In this document: piece by piece, positions 1 through 12,000 of the stretch
How positions within the stretch are numbered: position 1 is the first letter of the stretch
How the letters are laid out: each line of letters opens with the position of its first letter
Assembly (NCBI GenBank): GCA_030147855.1
Contig: JASBUO010000044.1
Span: 1,678 to 65,677 of the forward strand
DNA from: Gammaproteobacteria bacterium
Lineage (GTDB): Bacteria > Pseudomonadota > Gammaproteobacteria > Legionellales > Legionellaceae
Length of the DNA: 64,000 nucleotides
Direction of reading: 5' to 3'
Position numbers and translations under genes: made by a program
Notes under the pieces: model-generated
What the model was told of the DNA's origin: nothing
The model's database searches: none
The model's input: only the letters and a program-made list of their open reading frames with translations

Positions 1-497
1 ATATTACACCTCATGATGTCAACTTCGCAAAAATGGGTGTTTTTGTACATGCCCTAGCTGACAGATACTCACACCACATGTGTACCGACAATTCATACTT
101 CTATAAAGAAGAGAACAATCATTACACCTCTGTTTATTCAGCTAAGCCTTGTGCGCAAGGCAGTCACTTTTTGTGGCATACATGGGAACAAGGCACCAAC
201 CAAAGTGATACAAACTTAAGTACTCTGCATCAAACCATGCGCCCCGCACTTGAGGCGGTGTACGACCAACTTTTAAGTTACGCCAAATATCAACACATCA
301 CTATTAACCAGCACTTAGACAAAACCAATATCATCCATCAACTCATTCTTGTCCTGCAAACCTTCGACCCTGAAGAGCGCTTGCAAAAAATGGTAACACT
401 CATGGAAAAAAACGATGTATTGCCCCTACCCGGACATGGGCATGTAAAAAACATGCATATCGACGAATGGTTAAGCCTTGCAGGGGCACCCAAGTAA
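1..497 (+). CDS. hypothetical protein, 5'-truncated by the window edge (His/Asp-rich motifs, possible metal-dependent hydrolase)
   Basis: Frame 3 is open from nt 3 (ITPHDVNFAK precedes the tracked Met at 33) to TAA at 495-497. It has the motifs HALADRYSHH and GHGH. No family recognised with certainty. Confidence 0.4.
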   Translation, partial: ITPHDVNFAKMGVFVHALADRYSHHMCTDNSYFYKEENNHYTSVYSAKPCAQGSHFLWHTWEQGTNQSDTNLSTLHQTMRPALEAVYDQLLSYAKYQHITINQHLDKTNIIHQLILVLQTFDPEERLQKMVTLMEKNDVLPLPGHGHVKNMHIDEWLSLAGAPK

Positions 498-578
498 GGC
501 CCTCACATATCGACAAGCGGCTTTATCCACTGTAACATCGACAAACGATCGTGACCCACAGGCATAAAGGGATGGCCA

Positions 579-1871
579 ATGATTAAAGCTTTCATTTCAC
601 GTACAAAACCAATGACACTCATGATAATTGGTTTAAGTGTGATTTTTGGTGGCCTTATTCTTTTTAATGTGGGCAAAGGCATTTTAATCCGCCAGTTTTT
701 CAAAAACTTTCAACCACCGGCCGTGACCGTCGCATCAGTCGATGTCAAAGAAGAAAATTGGCAACCTAATCTACATACAGTGGGTGCTTTTGTGGCAGTA
801 AATGGGGTCGACATTAACTCTGAGGCATCTGGAAGCGTCATTGACATTCACTTTAAATCAGGCGAAATGGTTAAAAAGGGTACATTGCTTGTTGATATTG
901 ATGACAGCGTTGATAAAGCCACCTTAAAAGCAAATGAAGCTGAGTTGGTACTACAACAAGTCAACTACAAGCGCCAAGCACAACTCCTCAAAAGAAATGC
1001 AACCTCACAGTCAGAAGTTGATACCGCAAGAGCCGGCATGCTAGAAGCTGAGTCTAAAGTAGAGCATACCCGCGCTGTTATTGCACAAAAACATATCAAA
1101 GCCCCATTCACAGGACGCCTTGGGATTCGTATGATTAACCTGGGTGAATATATCACAACAGGCAGAACCAATATTGTAACGCTTCAATCCCTCGATCCAC
1201 TCTTTCTTGAGTTTTATGTGCCAGAACAACAGCTCTCGCGCATTCATGTAGGGCAAAACATTTTATTTTCGGTTGAGCCTAACGCCGACAAACTCTTTTC
1301 AGGAAAAATCACCGCAATTAATGCCAAAGCAGACGCACAAACGCATAACGTAAAGATACAAGCAGCAGCCGCTAATTGCCCCCCTGAAGTATTTGATGAA
1401 AGCAGACGCTCACATTTGATAGAAGCACAAAAAATTCCAAATACGGGCTATACAAAAATCACATGTAATACAGAAAAAAATCAAGCGGCAAACCTTGAAA
1501 AGTATGCCTTTATTCCAGGGATGTTCACATCTATTTCAATAGAGCAGCCTGCTGTTTCGGGAGCTTTGGTATTACCAAAAACAGCCATTTCCTATAGCTT
1601 ATATGGCGACTCTGTATTTCTAATTGAACCTCAAGTAATTGATAACGTCGTGCAAAAAAACGATAAAGGAGAAGATATATTGGTCGTTAGACGCGTCTTT
1701 GTCACCACAGGAGATGAAGAAGGGAATCAAGTTGTGATAAAAAAAGGGGTGAAAGCAGGCCAGAAGGTGGTTAGCGCTGGTGAAGTCAAGCTACAGAATG
1801 GCACACATGTGGTGATTAATAACGATGTACCACTCAATAATGATAATAATAAGTCTAACTTAAGCGAATAA
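579..1871 (+). CDS. efflux RND transporter periplasmic adaptor (membrane fusion protein, HlyD/AcrA/MdtA family)
   Basis: N-terminal TM anchor, a coiled-coil hairpin region (ATLKANEAELVLQQVNYKRQAQLLK...), and beta-barrel/lipoyl-like segments typical of MFPs. Its stop lies 4 nt before the RND permease start. Confidence 0.8.
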   Translation: MIKAFISRTKPMTLMIIGLSVIFGGLILFNVGKGILIRQFFKNFQPPAVTVASVDVKEENWQPNLHTVGAFVAVNGVDINSEASGSVIDIHFKSGEMVKKGTLLVDIDDSVDKATLKANEAELVLQQVNYKRQAQLLKRNATSQSEVDTARAGMLEAESKVEHTRAVIAQKHIKAPFTGRLGIRMINLGEYITTGRTNIVTLQSLDPLFLEFYVPEQQLSRIHVGQNILFSVEPNADKLFSGKITAINAKADAQTHNVKIQAAAANCPPEVFDESRRSHLIEAQKIPNTGYTKITCNTEKNQAANLEKYAFIPGMFTSISIEQPAVSGALVLPKTAISYSLYGDSVFLIEPQVIDNVVQKNDKGEDILVVRRVFVTTGDEEGNQVVIKKGVKAGQKVVSAGEVKLQNGTHVVINNDVPLNNDNNKSNLSE

Positions 1872-1875
1872 GGTC

Positions 1876-4800
1876 ATGCATTTTACCGATTTATATATTA
1901 AACGCCCTGTGCTTTCGACCGTTGTAAGCTTGCTGATTTTATTGTTTGGCTTAAATTCGCTGCTGAATATCTCTATTCGACAATATCCCAAAATGGATAA
2001 CACGGTTATTACCGTCACAACACAATACCCAGGGGCTGATGCAAACCTCATTGCAGGCTTTATTACAACTCCTATTGAAAGTGCCATTTCTAGCGCCGAG
2101 GGGGTTGATTACATGACATCATCCAGTACGCTTGGTACCAGCACCATCACCTTAAACATTAAACTTGGCTTTGACTCACAAGTGGCATTTACTGATGTCA
2201 TGAGTAAGGTGCAACAAACCTTAAACCAGCTCCCCTCAGAATCACAAGACCCGGTCATTGTTAAAAGCTCTGATACCTCAACCGACTTGTTATACCTAAG
2301 CTTAGATAGCCCCGACATGACCCCGCAACAAATCACAGACTATGCAACCCGTGTGGTTAAACCTCAGATTGAAACCATTAGTGGTGTGTCAAAGGCTGAA
2401 ATTTTGGGTGGGCAAGTCTATTCTATGCGTATTTTTCTCGATCCTGTCAAAATGGCAGCGCTCAGCGTAACACCGGCTGATGTCTCTCGAGTACTTAGAA
2501 ACAATAACTTTTTAACCGCTGCAGGCCGCATTAAAAGTGAATATGTTGCTATCAGCATTCGTGCTAATACCGACTTAAGTACAGCCGAGCAATTTGGCCA
2601 AATTATTGTTCGAAGCCAAAAAGGATCTATCACCCGACTGCAAGATGTGGCCCGCATTGAACTCGGCTCTCAAAATTATGACTCTTCAGTTATTTTTAAC
2701 GGGAAAAAAGCTGTTTTTGTTGGTATAACCCCAACTCCAAGTGCCAACCCACTCGATGTGATTACCCAGGTGCGACAATCGTTTGAGCTACTCACGAAAC
2801 AATTTCCCCCTTCTCTCAAAGGTACTGTAGTTTACGACGCAACCGACTTTATCCGTGCATCGATTGATGAAGTGATTTCTACGCTGCTTGAAGCAGCATT
2901 TATTGTGATTACTGTTATTTTCCTTTTTTTGGGATCCGTGCGCTCGGTGCTGATTCCTGTTGTAACCATTCCTCTATCTTTAATTGGCGTATGTACCTGC
3001 ATGTTCTTTTTAGGGTACTCCATTAATTTGCTCACTTTACTTGCCTTTGTACTTGCCATAGGGCTTGTGGTAGATGACGCCATTGTAGTAGTTGAGAATG
3101 TGCACCGCCACATAGAAGCAGGTAAAACACCCTTTGAAGCAGCCATTATTGGGGCCCGTGAAATTGCAACGCCTGTTATTGCAATGACCATCACACTCGC
3201 AGCGGTTTATGCACCGATTGGATTCATGTCGGGCCTAACAGGCGCATTATTTAAAGAGTTTGCATTCACACTTGCATCGGCTGTGATTATTTCAGGCGTG
3301 ATTGCGCTCACACTTTCGCCTATGATGTGTTCAAAAATTCTCACGCCTCAAATGAGTGAAGGCAAGCTTTCTCAAAGGGTAGAGCGTATTTTTGAAACCC
3401 TACGCGTTCGATATAAAGCGTGGCTACACAAACTGCTGAACACACGTGAAATCATGATTGTTTTTGCTGTGGTTGTACTTCTTATTTTGCCTTATCTTTA
3501 TATGAAAACCCCAGACGAAACAGCGCCTGAAGAAGACCAAGGGTTCTTTTTTGTGGTAGGCACTCCTCCACAATCAGCTACATTAGAATATGTTGAAGCA
3601 TTTACAAAACCTTTTGAGAAAATCTTTACAAGTTTTCCGGAGGCAGAGCACTATTTTATTGTCAACGCGGCCGCACCTGTATCAGGTATCGTCCTAAAAC
3701 CATGGGGCGAACGTAAACGCACACAATTTGAAATGAAGCACCCCCTGCAAGACGCATTAAACACGGTTGCCGGCATGAAAAGCTTTGCTGTTATTCCTCC
3801 CCCTCTACCGGGTGGTGGTGGTGGAACACCAATTCAATTTGTTATTAAAACCAGTAACGATTTTGCAAGCTTATTAGATGTATCTGACAAGCTCATGAAA
3901 AAAGCAGAAGAGAGTGGTTTGTTTATTTACCTTGATAATACTCTTAAGTTCAATCAGCCCGAAGTAGAGCTTCAGATAAACCGCGCCAAAGCTGCAGATT
4001 TAGGGCTTGATATGAGAAGCATCGGAAACAGCTTAAGCGCTGCACTGTCGGGCGGTTACGTCAATTACTTTAATTTAGAGGGCCGAAGCTACCAAGTGAT
4101 TCCTCAGCTAGAGCGACGTTTTCGCATGACCAGCGAACAACTGGGGCAAATTTATGTAAAAACCATCGATGGCACCATGGTGCCTCTGTCAACCATTGTG
4201 ACCCCTATTGAAAGAACAAAACCCAATGCCATCACACACTTTCAACAGTTAAACGCTGCAACCATCCAAGGAGTTACCATGCCTGGTACAACCCTTGGCG
4301 AGGGACTTAGCTTTTTACAAGAAGCTGCAAAAGATGTGCTTCCAAAAGGATTTTCCGTTGATTACGGTGGCCAATCAAGACAATTCATGCAAGAGGGAAG
4401 CGCGCTGATAGTTGCCTTTTTTCTATCCATTATCATCATTTTCTTGGTGCTATCTGCACAATACGAAAGCTTTCGCGACCCACTGATTATTCTCATTAGT
4501 GTCCCCATGTCGTTATGTGGCGCACTAACTCCCTTAAATTTGGGGGCTGCAACGATTAACATTTATACGCAAGTAGGGCTCATTACATTAATTGGCCTAA
4601 TCAGTAAACATGGAATTTTAATCGTTGATTTTGCAAATCATTTACAGCGTGAGAAAAAGCTCGACAAAAGAGCTGCCGTTGAAGAGGCTGCAAGCATTCG
4701 TCTGCGCCCCATTTTAATGACGACAGCCGCTATGGTATTTGGCGTGCTACCCCTTTTAATTGCGTCAGGTGCAGGTGCCGTTAGCCGCTTTGATATTGGT

Positions 4801-4920
4801 CTTGTGATTTCAACTGGGCTTTTAATAGGTACCTGCTTCACCTTGTTTGTAGTACCCAGCATGTACACTTATCTTGCAGCAGACCATCGTGAAGACAACC
4901 TTGAAAAGCCTGTTACATAA
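1876..4920 (+). CDS. efflux RND transporter permease subunit (AcrB/MdtB/MdtC family)
   Basis: 1014 aa. Canonical N-terminus MHFTDLYIKRPVLSTVVSLLILLFG, the VVDDAIVVVENV motif, and a 12-TM layout with two large periplasmic loops. Confidence 0.9.
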   Translation: MHFTDLYIKRPVLSTVVSLLILLFGLNSLLNISIRQYPKMDNTVITVTTQYPGADANLIAGFITTPIESAISSAEGVDYMTSSSTLGTSTITLNIKLGFDSQVAFTDVMSKVQQTLNQLPSESQDPVIVKSSDTSTDLLYLSLDSPDMTPQQITDYATRVVKPQIETISGVSKAEILGGQVYSMRIFLDPVKMAALSVTPADVSRVLRNNNFLTAAGRIKSEYVAISIRANTDLSTAEQFGQIIVRSQKGSITRLQDVARIELGSQNYDSSVIFNGKKAVFVGITPTPSANPLDVITQVRQSFELLTKQFPPSLKGTVVYDATDFIRASIDEVISTLLEAAFIVITVIFLFLGSVRSVLIPVVTIPLSLIGVCTCMFFLGYSINLLTLLAFVLAIGLVVDDAIVVVENVHRHIEAGKTPFEAAIIGAREIATPVIAMTITLAAVYAPIGFMSGLTGALFKEFAFTLASAVIISGVIALTLSPMMCSKILTPQMSEGKLSQRVERIFETLRVRYKAWLHKLLNTREIMIVFAVVVLLILPYLYMKTPDETAPEEDQGFFFVVGTPPQSATLEYVEAFTKPFEKIFTSFPEAEHYFIVNAAAPVSGIVLKPWGERKRTQFEMKHPLQDALNTVAGMKSFAVIPPPLPGGGGGTPIQFVIKTSNDFASLLDVSDKLMKKAEESGLFIYLDNTLKFNQPEVELQINRAKAADLGLDMRSIGNSLSAALSGGYVNYFNLEGRSYQVIPQLERRFRMTSEQLGQIYVKTIDGTMVPLSTIVTPIERTKPNAITHFQQLNAATIQGVTMPGTTLGEGLSFLQEAAKDVLPKGFSVDYGGQSRQFMQEGSALIVAFFLSIIIIFLVLSAQYESFRDPLIILISVPMSLCGALTPLNLGAATINIYTQVGLITLIGLISKHGILIVDFANHLQREKKLDKRAAVEEAASIRLRPILMTTAAMVFGVLPLLIASGAGAVSRFDIGLVISTGLLIGTCFTLFVVPSMYTYLAADHREDNLEKPVT

Positions 4921-5062
4921 CCGTACATGAGCTCTGGATAAGATTACCATATATGCAATCCTCACTATACCTACTTGCTTTTCTATGAACATCCATTAAA
5001 ACACCAATACTGCTTAATAAATAAGCTATAATTTGTTTATATATAATTAAATGGGTTAAAAT

Positions 5063-6058
5063 ATGCCCTCTGATATTATTCAAATCAATGCCTCCCTACT
5101 GGCACATATTGGTGCTGATGCAGAAAGCCTTGGCAGCGGTTATGAGGGTAATACTTTTCAGAGCACCACGGGTTATCTCTGCCAATATTTAAACACACTA
5201 CCGCTTGAAAGCACCGTGCAGTTAGCACACTTAAAAGCACTATTTAAGGCACTTGCCGCGCGCGAAAAAGCACTTATGGTACTTCGTCATCAACCCTTTA
5301 ATAAGAGCGCTTATCAGCATTACATCGATACACTTTCAAACGAGATTAAAACGCTTTCAGTCGGAGCGACTCACCTTTTTCCGGGTGGCTGGCAAACCGA
5401 GAGTGGCGGGCATGCTATGCTCTATCGCTTCAAAAAAACAGACAACGATACGCTCATTTTTGAAGTGATTCAATCTGGTGAGGGTATTGGGTATCATGAG
5501 CAGCACTCAAGTATTGAAAAAGAGCTTTACGCCCCGCTTAAGAGTTTCTCAATTAACCTGAAAACGCTCACGGAAAAAACCTTTGAGACCGAACTCCCCT
5601 TATTTATTGAGCGTCTCATAAGACCCAATTTACTGAACCATCCAGACCATCCTCACAGCGCTTTTTCTGAAGGCACACTGTATGAAGAAATACTCCCTTC
5701 CATCTCATTTTTAGAAGGCACAGAATTTATCAGTAATGAAATATTAGAGTGTGAAGGATACACCGGCTCACAACTTTCAGGCACATGCGCTGAACGCGTG
5801 ATTCATCAATTGTTAAAGTTTCAGTTTGCGTCACTCGACGCCTACCAACAGTTTATTTTAAATTATAAAATCTATGCACTGAACGATTATCTTGAAAAAC
5901 ACCCCAATAACCCAGATCTAGAACTTGTGGAAGACACCTACCGCAATAACTTGCGGCTTTATGGCCGACTACTCGTTAAAAACACCCTCACTGAAAGCGC
6001 GCAAGTTTCCATTGAAGCCAATATTGACGTGGCACGCCAACGCATTCACATGCTCAAA
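5063..6058 (+). other. N-terminal ~330-aa module of the giant protein with a candidate Cys-His-Asp/Asn (papain/NlpC-P60-like) arrangement
   Basis: Q33-x6-C40 (FQSTTGYLCQYL, Cys codon 5180-5182). H117 lies in GGHAMLYRF (5411-5413), resembling the GHxxxY motif of NlpC/P60 enzymes. D127/N128/D129 follow 10-12 residues later. An alternative Cys is C242 in GSQLSGTCAERV. Pattern match only. Confidence 0.3.
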
Positions 6059-9000
6059 CGAAGAACACCAGCCCCCCCCAGCGTATCTACCAGTAGAGCG
6101 ACTTCAGTACCCAATACTCACCATACTGTAAATATTAGTCCAACCACCGATGTGCCACGTCTTAAGGTTTTCACTGCTCCAGAACCATCACCAGTCGCTC
6201 AAGCAACATCCATTCCGCCAATTAAACCCGAAAATTTACTGCCAGAACTCACATGGTGGGAGTCTGAAATTCAACGGCTCAGCCGCCAAAATGAGCATGA
6301 TATGGTACTTGAACAAACCAAATCTCTCATGCTTGCCATCAATAACATAACTCTCCCAAAACTATCAAAAAACGACCGTGACAACCTCCAAAGCACATTA
6401 GAGCGCTTAAAAAGCACCTATTTCACATCAAAAAGAGCGTGTTTTGACAGTTCAAAAAGTTTGCCAGAGCACTTGTTTGTTCATTTATCACTGAACTTAC
6501 TCAATATAGCACTGTTTGAACAAACCGTTCCAGACAGTCAATTTTCACTTGTTGCTCGAAAAACAATAGGCGATGCTTTAAAAATGCTACAGATGCAGCC
6601 TTACCTTGCAAGCACCAATCCGCAACTAGATATGGCCTTCAATAAAGTCATCCAATCCACGTCAACAGTAAAACTTGATACACCTCTAGATTGCTACCTA
6701 GCTATTATAAATAAGCAGCCAGACCTCAAAAAACAGCTACAAGCAAAATATGATGCCTTGCCAGAAGCTCAAAAACCAACGCCTGCAGCACTTCGCCAAG
6801 CATTAGAAAGAGAGCAACAACAAGTTTTATGGTATGTCCTAGAGCACAAGGATAAACTTAAAACCGACCCATCATTTAAAAGCATTGTGCAGCCTATACT
6901 TGCCATGCAATTGATAGAGGAAAATGCCTATCAATTTCACCAGGCAGCCCAACAGCGCTCATGGCTCATCCGCCCGTCAACATTTCAACTCGATCGAAAC
7001 ACAAACACACTAGTGTTTGAAAGTGCATTAAATCAACTTAAATTGTGGTTTACTACACACGATGAAAACCACCCAGTTTATCCGTTAAAAAAACACACAC
7101 TTCAAGGCGCTGTATTTTCGATACATGAACAAGCCAGGGCTGAAAATGACATTCAACTTAAAGCTTACCAGTGCGACTTTGCAGACTGGAAAAAAGATAT
7201 AAACAAAAAAGAAAGCTTACAGCTCCGAGAACTCTATCATTTAAGAACAGCTCCTGAGGCACAAGTTGACCTAACACTTGATTACTTTTTAAGACATCTT
7301 ACCTCGCTACGTGACGCGAACATGCAACAATATTTAGAAGCCAATCTCTTTCAACCACCACTCCTTTTAGATTGCCTTAAAAAAAGTTCCGCAATCCTCA
7401 CGCCCTTTTATCAGCTTATCAACAGAGGCATTCGAAGCACTTCCAAAAATGGTCAACCAAGCCAAGACTCCCTTGTATTCATTCGCCTGTATTTTCTATT
7501 AAACCGCTACCTTAATACGTATGATGAATTACTACAATTTGGCGATACACTGGAGCGCTTTAAACAAGACATCGATGTAATGTTAAGTAGCCGTATTGAG
7601 GATAAACACATCCAATACAGTTTACATCAATATCGTTTTTTAACAGCCATTGAAGCATATAAAAGCCATAAGCCACTGGATGCTAATTTTTACCAAGACT
7701 TACTCACTTCTTATTTTTTTCTGCAAGCACACAATAACCCTAAACAAACCCAAAGCCTTCAAAGCACCTATGAGCTAAAACATGCATTTAAAACGTTTCA
7801 GTCCATCATACAAGCCCAAGGTGTAGAAAAATTTGAGGCGTACCTACCCCAAGTACTCGCTGCAATGGATATGGATACGTCATCCCTTCAGTTAGAAAAA
7901 ACAGGTAAAACCTTTGTTTTTAGGAATACCAATACGGGCATGATTCAATATCAAATCGATATTCACCATGGGCTTATTTATCATGGAGCATACAACCAAG
8001 CGCTCATTCCAACACCACTCTCCATTAAAGCGAACCCGCAATGTATTGCACTTGGTTTGCACCAAGTTGCTGCGTGCTTTACCTCAGCAGACAAAGATTA
8101 CTTCTATTTTGAAAGGGCAGATGGTGATGTGCGTGTCATTAGAAAACGGTTTTCTCAAGCACTTCACGTACAAAAAAAATGGACGATTAATGGTAAGGAA
8201 GCTTGGTATGAACAAAAAGATGCCATGTCTCAAGAATACCAATCACTCCCTTGCGAAATAGGTTTAGATTTACCCAAGATACTGCGCGATAACACCGTAT
8301 CAAACTGGGTAAAGTGTGATGCGCCACACAATGTTTTAATCACACGACATGACACACCCATTTTATGCTCAACTAACCCTAATGTGCTTAATCATCAACA
8401 CCTCATTTTTAAAGATGTTAACCCAGAAACGCACCATACAACCAACAGCGTACTGATCTCAAAACCAGCGTCTCAAAAGCATATTATACCCCTGCTTCAA
8501 TTTGAAGATGCTGAATTTTTAACGGCTTTTTTAGACGAAAGAACGGGAATGATTGAAGTATGTTTTGAGCGTTATGGCTTTAGTGTTCAATACCATACAA
8601 ACGACAGTTCAAACACTATCTACCTAACGGGCACACCTTACACATTGTGTGATAACCCAAATCTATTTTCAAAACATATTGCATGCCTCACCTTTGAGCA
8701 CAGGACAAGCAAAGAGGAAGTTTCTAAAAAATGTATTCTCCCTATCCAGCCTTTTTTATTAACGCCTAGCCCACTAATGAGTAAAACAAAGAGTGTACCC
8801 ATACACGATATTTCAGGCGAACAGCAAGCAAAGTACGCTGCGAAAACAAGGACTGCAACAGGTGATGCTCTTCCCTTTAATTATCACTTAAGCGAACAAC
8901 TCATTGAGCTTCCATTAGATAAAGCAGGTACACCCTATGCGGGAAATTGTGAAGATGCACTTTATTTAACCTATGTTTATCTTGCGGCTAAGCAACCTGA

Positions 9001-12000
9001 AAAAGCACTCGAAACGTTAAACCATTGTCAAAATAATTTAGGTGGACTTCGTGGAACAGCACAAGAACTTGCCTATTTACACTGGATTAATCATCAGCTA
9101 GGAGGAATATCAAATCCACGCATTGTGGCATGCCAACTCCGTGCAACCGCTTTACTGACCGACTTTTTAAGCCAAGGAAAGTCTATTCCAGACCCCGAGT
9201 ACGTACTGCTTGAGGTTCAAACAGGTAATGCAGTTTATCAAAAAGCGCAACAAGAAGAGCGGCAAGCCTTTTTAGCAGCGCTACCAGGGCATATTGCAAC
9301 CCAGTTTTCCACATACCAACGAATGCTGCGACACATGCCAAGCACATTTAAACTGGGAGACAATGAAGTAAAAAGCTTACTCTCCTACTTTAAAAAGCAC
9401 AGCGCTGCTAAACCACATGGTGCACTGGCATACGCTGCACAAATACTTGACTTAAAAACGCTTAAAAAAGAATTAGTCCACTTAAATGGTTTAAAAAAGG
9501 CCGGCCAACAGCTAACGCCAAACCAAACTGAACGACTCGGTACCCTAGAAAATCATATTGCGCACACAGAGGCAGTTGCCAAACAAACATCGCATTTGAT
9601 TGAAGATACAGTCGACTTAACATTGCCTGAAAGTTGTGAAAAGTTCCGTATTGATTATCCAACTTATTTCAGCGAACCATGTAGAAAATACGTTTTTAAA
9701 GCACTTACATCAGACCTTGATGAAAGTACATTCAAAGCTGACTTTGGTCTTTTCCTTGCAACCGCTCAAAGCGACCAACTCACAAGGGAACAAAAAGAAG
9801 CCTATACACTCTTTTGTATACGCATGCTACGCCAATATCGATTTAGCAAAGCACCCAAAGACGTCGGCACACAACTTTTAATAAATTTACTCTATCGTGT
9901 ACTCACCTCTAATCAGACACTTTATACCCCTCATGACCCATGCGTAACTGAGCTTAGAACTCGCGCAGGCCACGTGCTAAAGCCTGTGAGTCTCACATAT
10001 CTATTCGACCAAATCAAAGGCTGGGAACCTCCACCCATCATACCCGTTTTGAGTATTAAAAATGTGCATGAAGAAGTGTTACAAACATCGGAGGAAATGC
10101 TTGCAACACTCGATAAAGAGGTGCGGCCTAAACACCCTTTAATTATCGAAAGTACAGGCACACCTCACCTTTCACTGCACAGCCTACTGGTTGGTTTAGA
10201 TGAGCATTTCGCACGTTTCAAAACAGCTTACCTCGACAACCAAGCTTCACACAAAGATGCGTTAGAAGCACTACGTGCACGCATAACCCCCGAAACACCC
10301 CATAAGGCACTGTTTGAAATTGAAAAAGAAGCAGGCGCACTTGAATTAGCGCATCTAAATACACAAAATAATCTTGCCGAAGCTTACTTTAAAGACAAAA
10401 AAGGTGCCTTAGAAACGTTACAAGCAAATGCCAGCCAAGATCTTGCAGACTGTGAAGCAAAAATGGAAACCCTGTGGGACATTATTCTTCAGCTTGCAAA
10501 CAGACCGCCAGAAAATACTGCTGAAAGCCCCAACAAGCACAAACTGTTTGGTGTTGAAATTGAAGCAGAAGAACGCCAGTTACTTGGCGAGCGTGAGTTA
10601 TACAGCCTTTACATACAAGGAGATTTGGTTCGCTACACGGAAAAAACTAACCTCGGTGAAGCAGATATCAGAGTGCTGCACCAATACATCCACCAGTACC
10701 TGCATCACAAGCTCCATCGGCAGCACTTAGAACGCTTTAATAAAAAACTAAACGATGCCATTAAGGAACCTGAAAACTCGCATAAAATCCGTGCTGTTGT
10801 GCAGCAGCTTATGCAGGAAAATACACCTGATGCAGTCAACAACACAGCTTATACCTTCTTACAATGTGAAGAAAACATCCTGCTCCGTAAAAACCAAGTT
10901 GCGGCACTAAAGAGTCTATACCCAGCCCCTGAAACCTTACCCAAAGAAAGCGTTGAAAAACTCATTATGGGGGGCGGAAAATCAACTGTCATTCTCCCCT
11001 TGTGGGCAAAACAAAAAGCCGATAGCTCAAATCTTGTGATTTTAGAAGTACCCCGCGCATTGCTACACAGTAACCATGCTGACATGAACCAAACCTCATT
11101 TAAATGGTTTGGACAATGCGCCCATAAATTTGAGTTTGCGCGTGAAAGCAATGCATCTCCTGAAGCACTCGAGCATTTATATCACTTTTTCCGTGAGGTA
11201 ATGACCAACCAAGACTACCTCGTTACCACGGGTGAATCGATGCAATCGCTGCAACTCAAGTATTTAGAAATGCTTGATAGAAAGCCTGAAGTCACTGACA
11301 CAGATGCCATGCTTGACTGGGAGCGCCAAGTTCAAAGTTTAGATAACATCTTAAACCTCTTAAAGTCTCACGGCTACGCCATGATAGATGAGGTACACCA
11401 AGGGCTTATCACTAAACAAAAACTTAATTATACCTCAGGTGAAGACTTACATATTTCACCGTTTCTCATTGATGCCAACGTCAAGTTCTATCAATTTTTA
11501 AGCCCCATTCAGTGGACTAATCCTGAAAGTGAAACCTTTACTTTAGCAAAGCTTATTAAAAATCCAAGGCTTGTTAAAGGAGACGATGAGTGGCAAAGCA
11601 TTGTCGAAACAATTTGTAATACGCTGATTGAAACACGAGATGGCCCACTGAAACGTATTTTTGAGAACTATCCAAATCTAACTCCCCTACAAATTAAAGC
11701 ATACATACAAAACACATTAACGGGTCAAGAAGAAACTGAAGTCATGGCCATTATTAATACGATGTTGACTGATGATAATACCTTACTTGCCTTTTATAAA
11801 ACCGAATTAAAAACACAAAAAGGCATCTTTAAACAAACCGCGTCTCGCCAATACCGCGTTAACTATGGCCCATCAATACTTGAAGGAAAAACACCTCAAG
11901 AACGTGCTGTTGCCATTCCTTATGGTGGAAACGACAACCCCCGAGAATCGAGTCGTTTTGCAAACATTAATGAGGCAATGAATTACACCACGCAAGCTAT

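Noticed and set aside
3811-3825. The GGT/GGC microsatellite-like runs here and at 53588-53602
   Set aside because: They encode Gly5 loops (PGGGGGT in the RND pump, PGGGGGVRE in KdsC). In KdsC the run sits where the E. coli homolog, as I recall it, also has a Gly-rich segment. There is no sign of frame disruption.
5002-5021. A full tandem PmrA box (cTTAATatT-N2-cTTAATatT) upstream of the giant ORF
   Set aside because: Only the promoter-proximal half-site is convincing. The distal half matches about 5/9 positions. It is kept only as a low-interest note.
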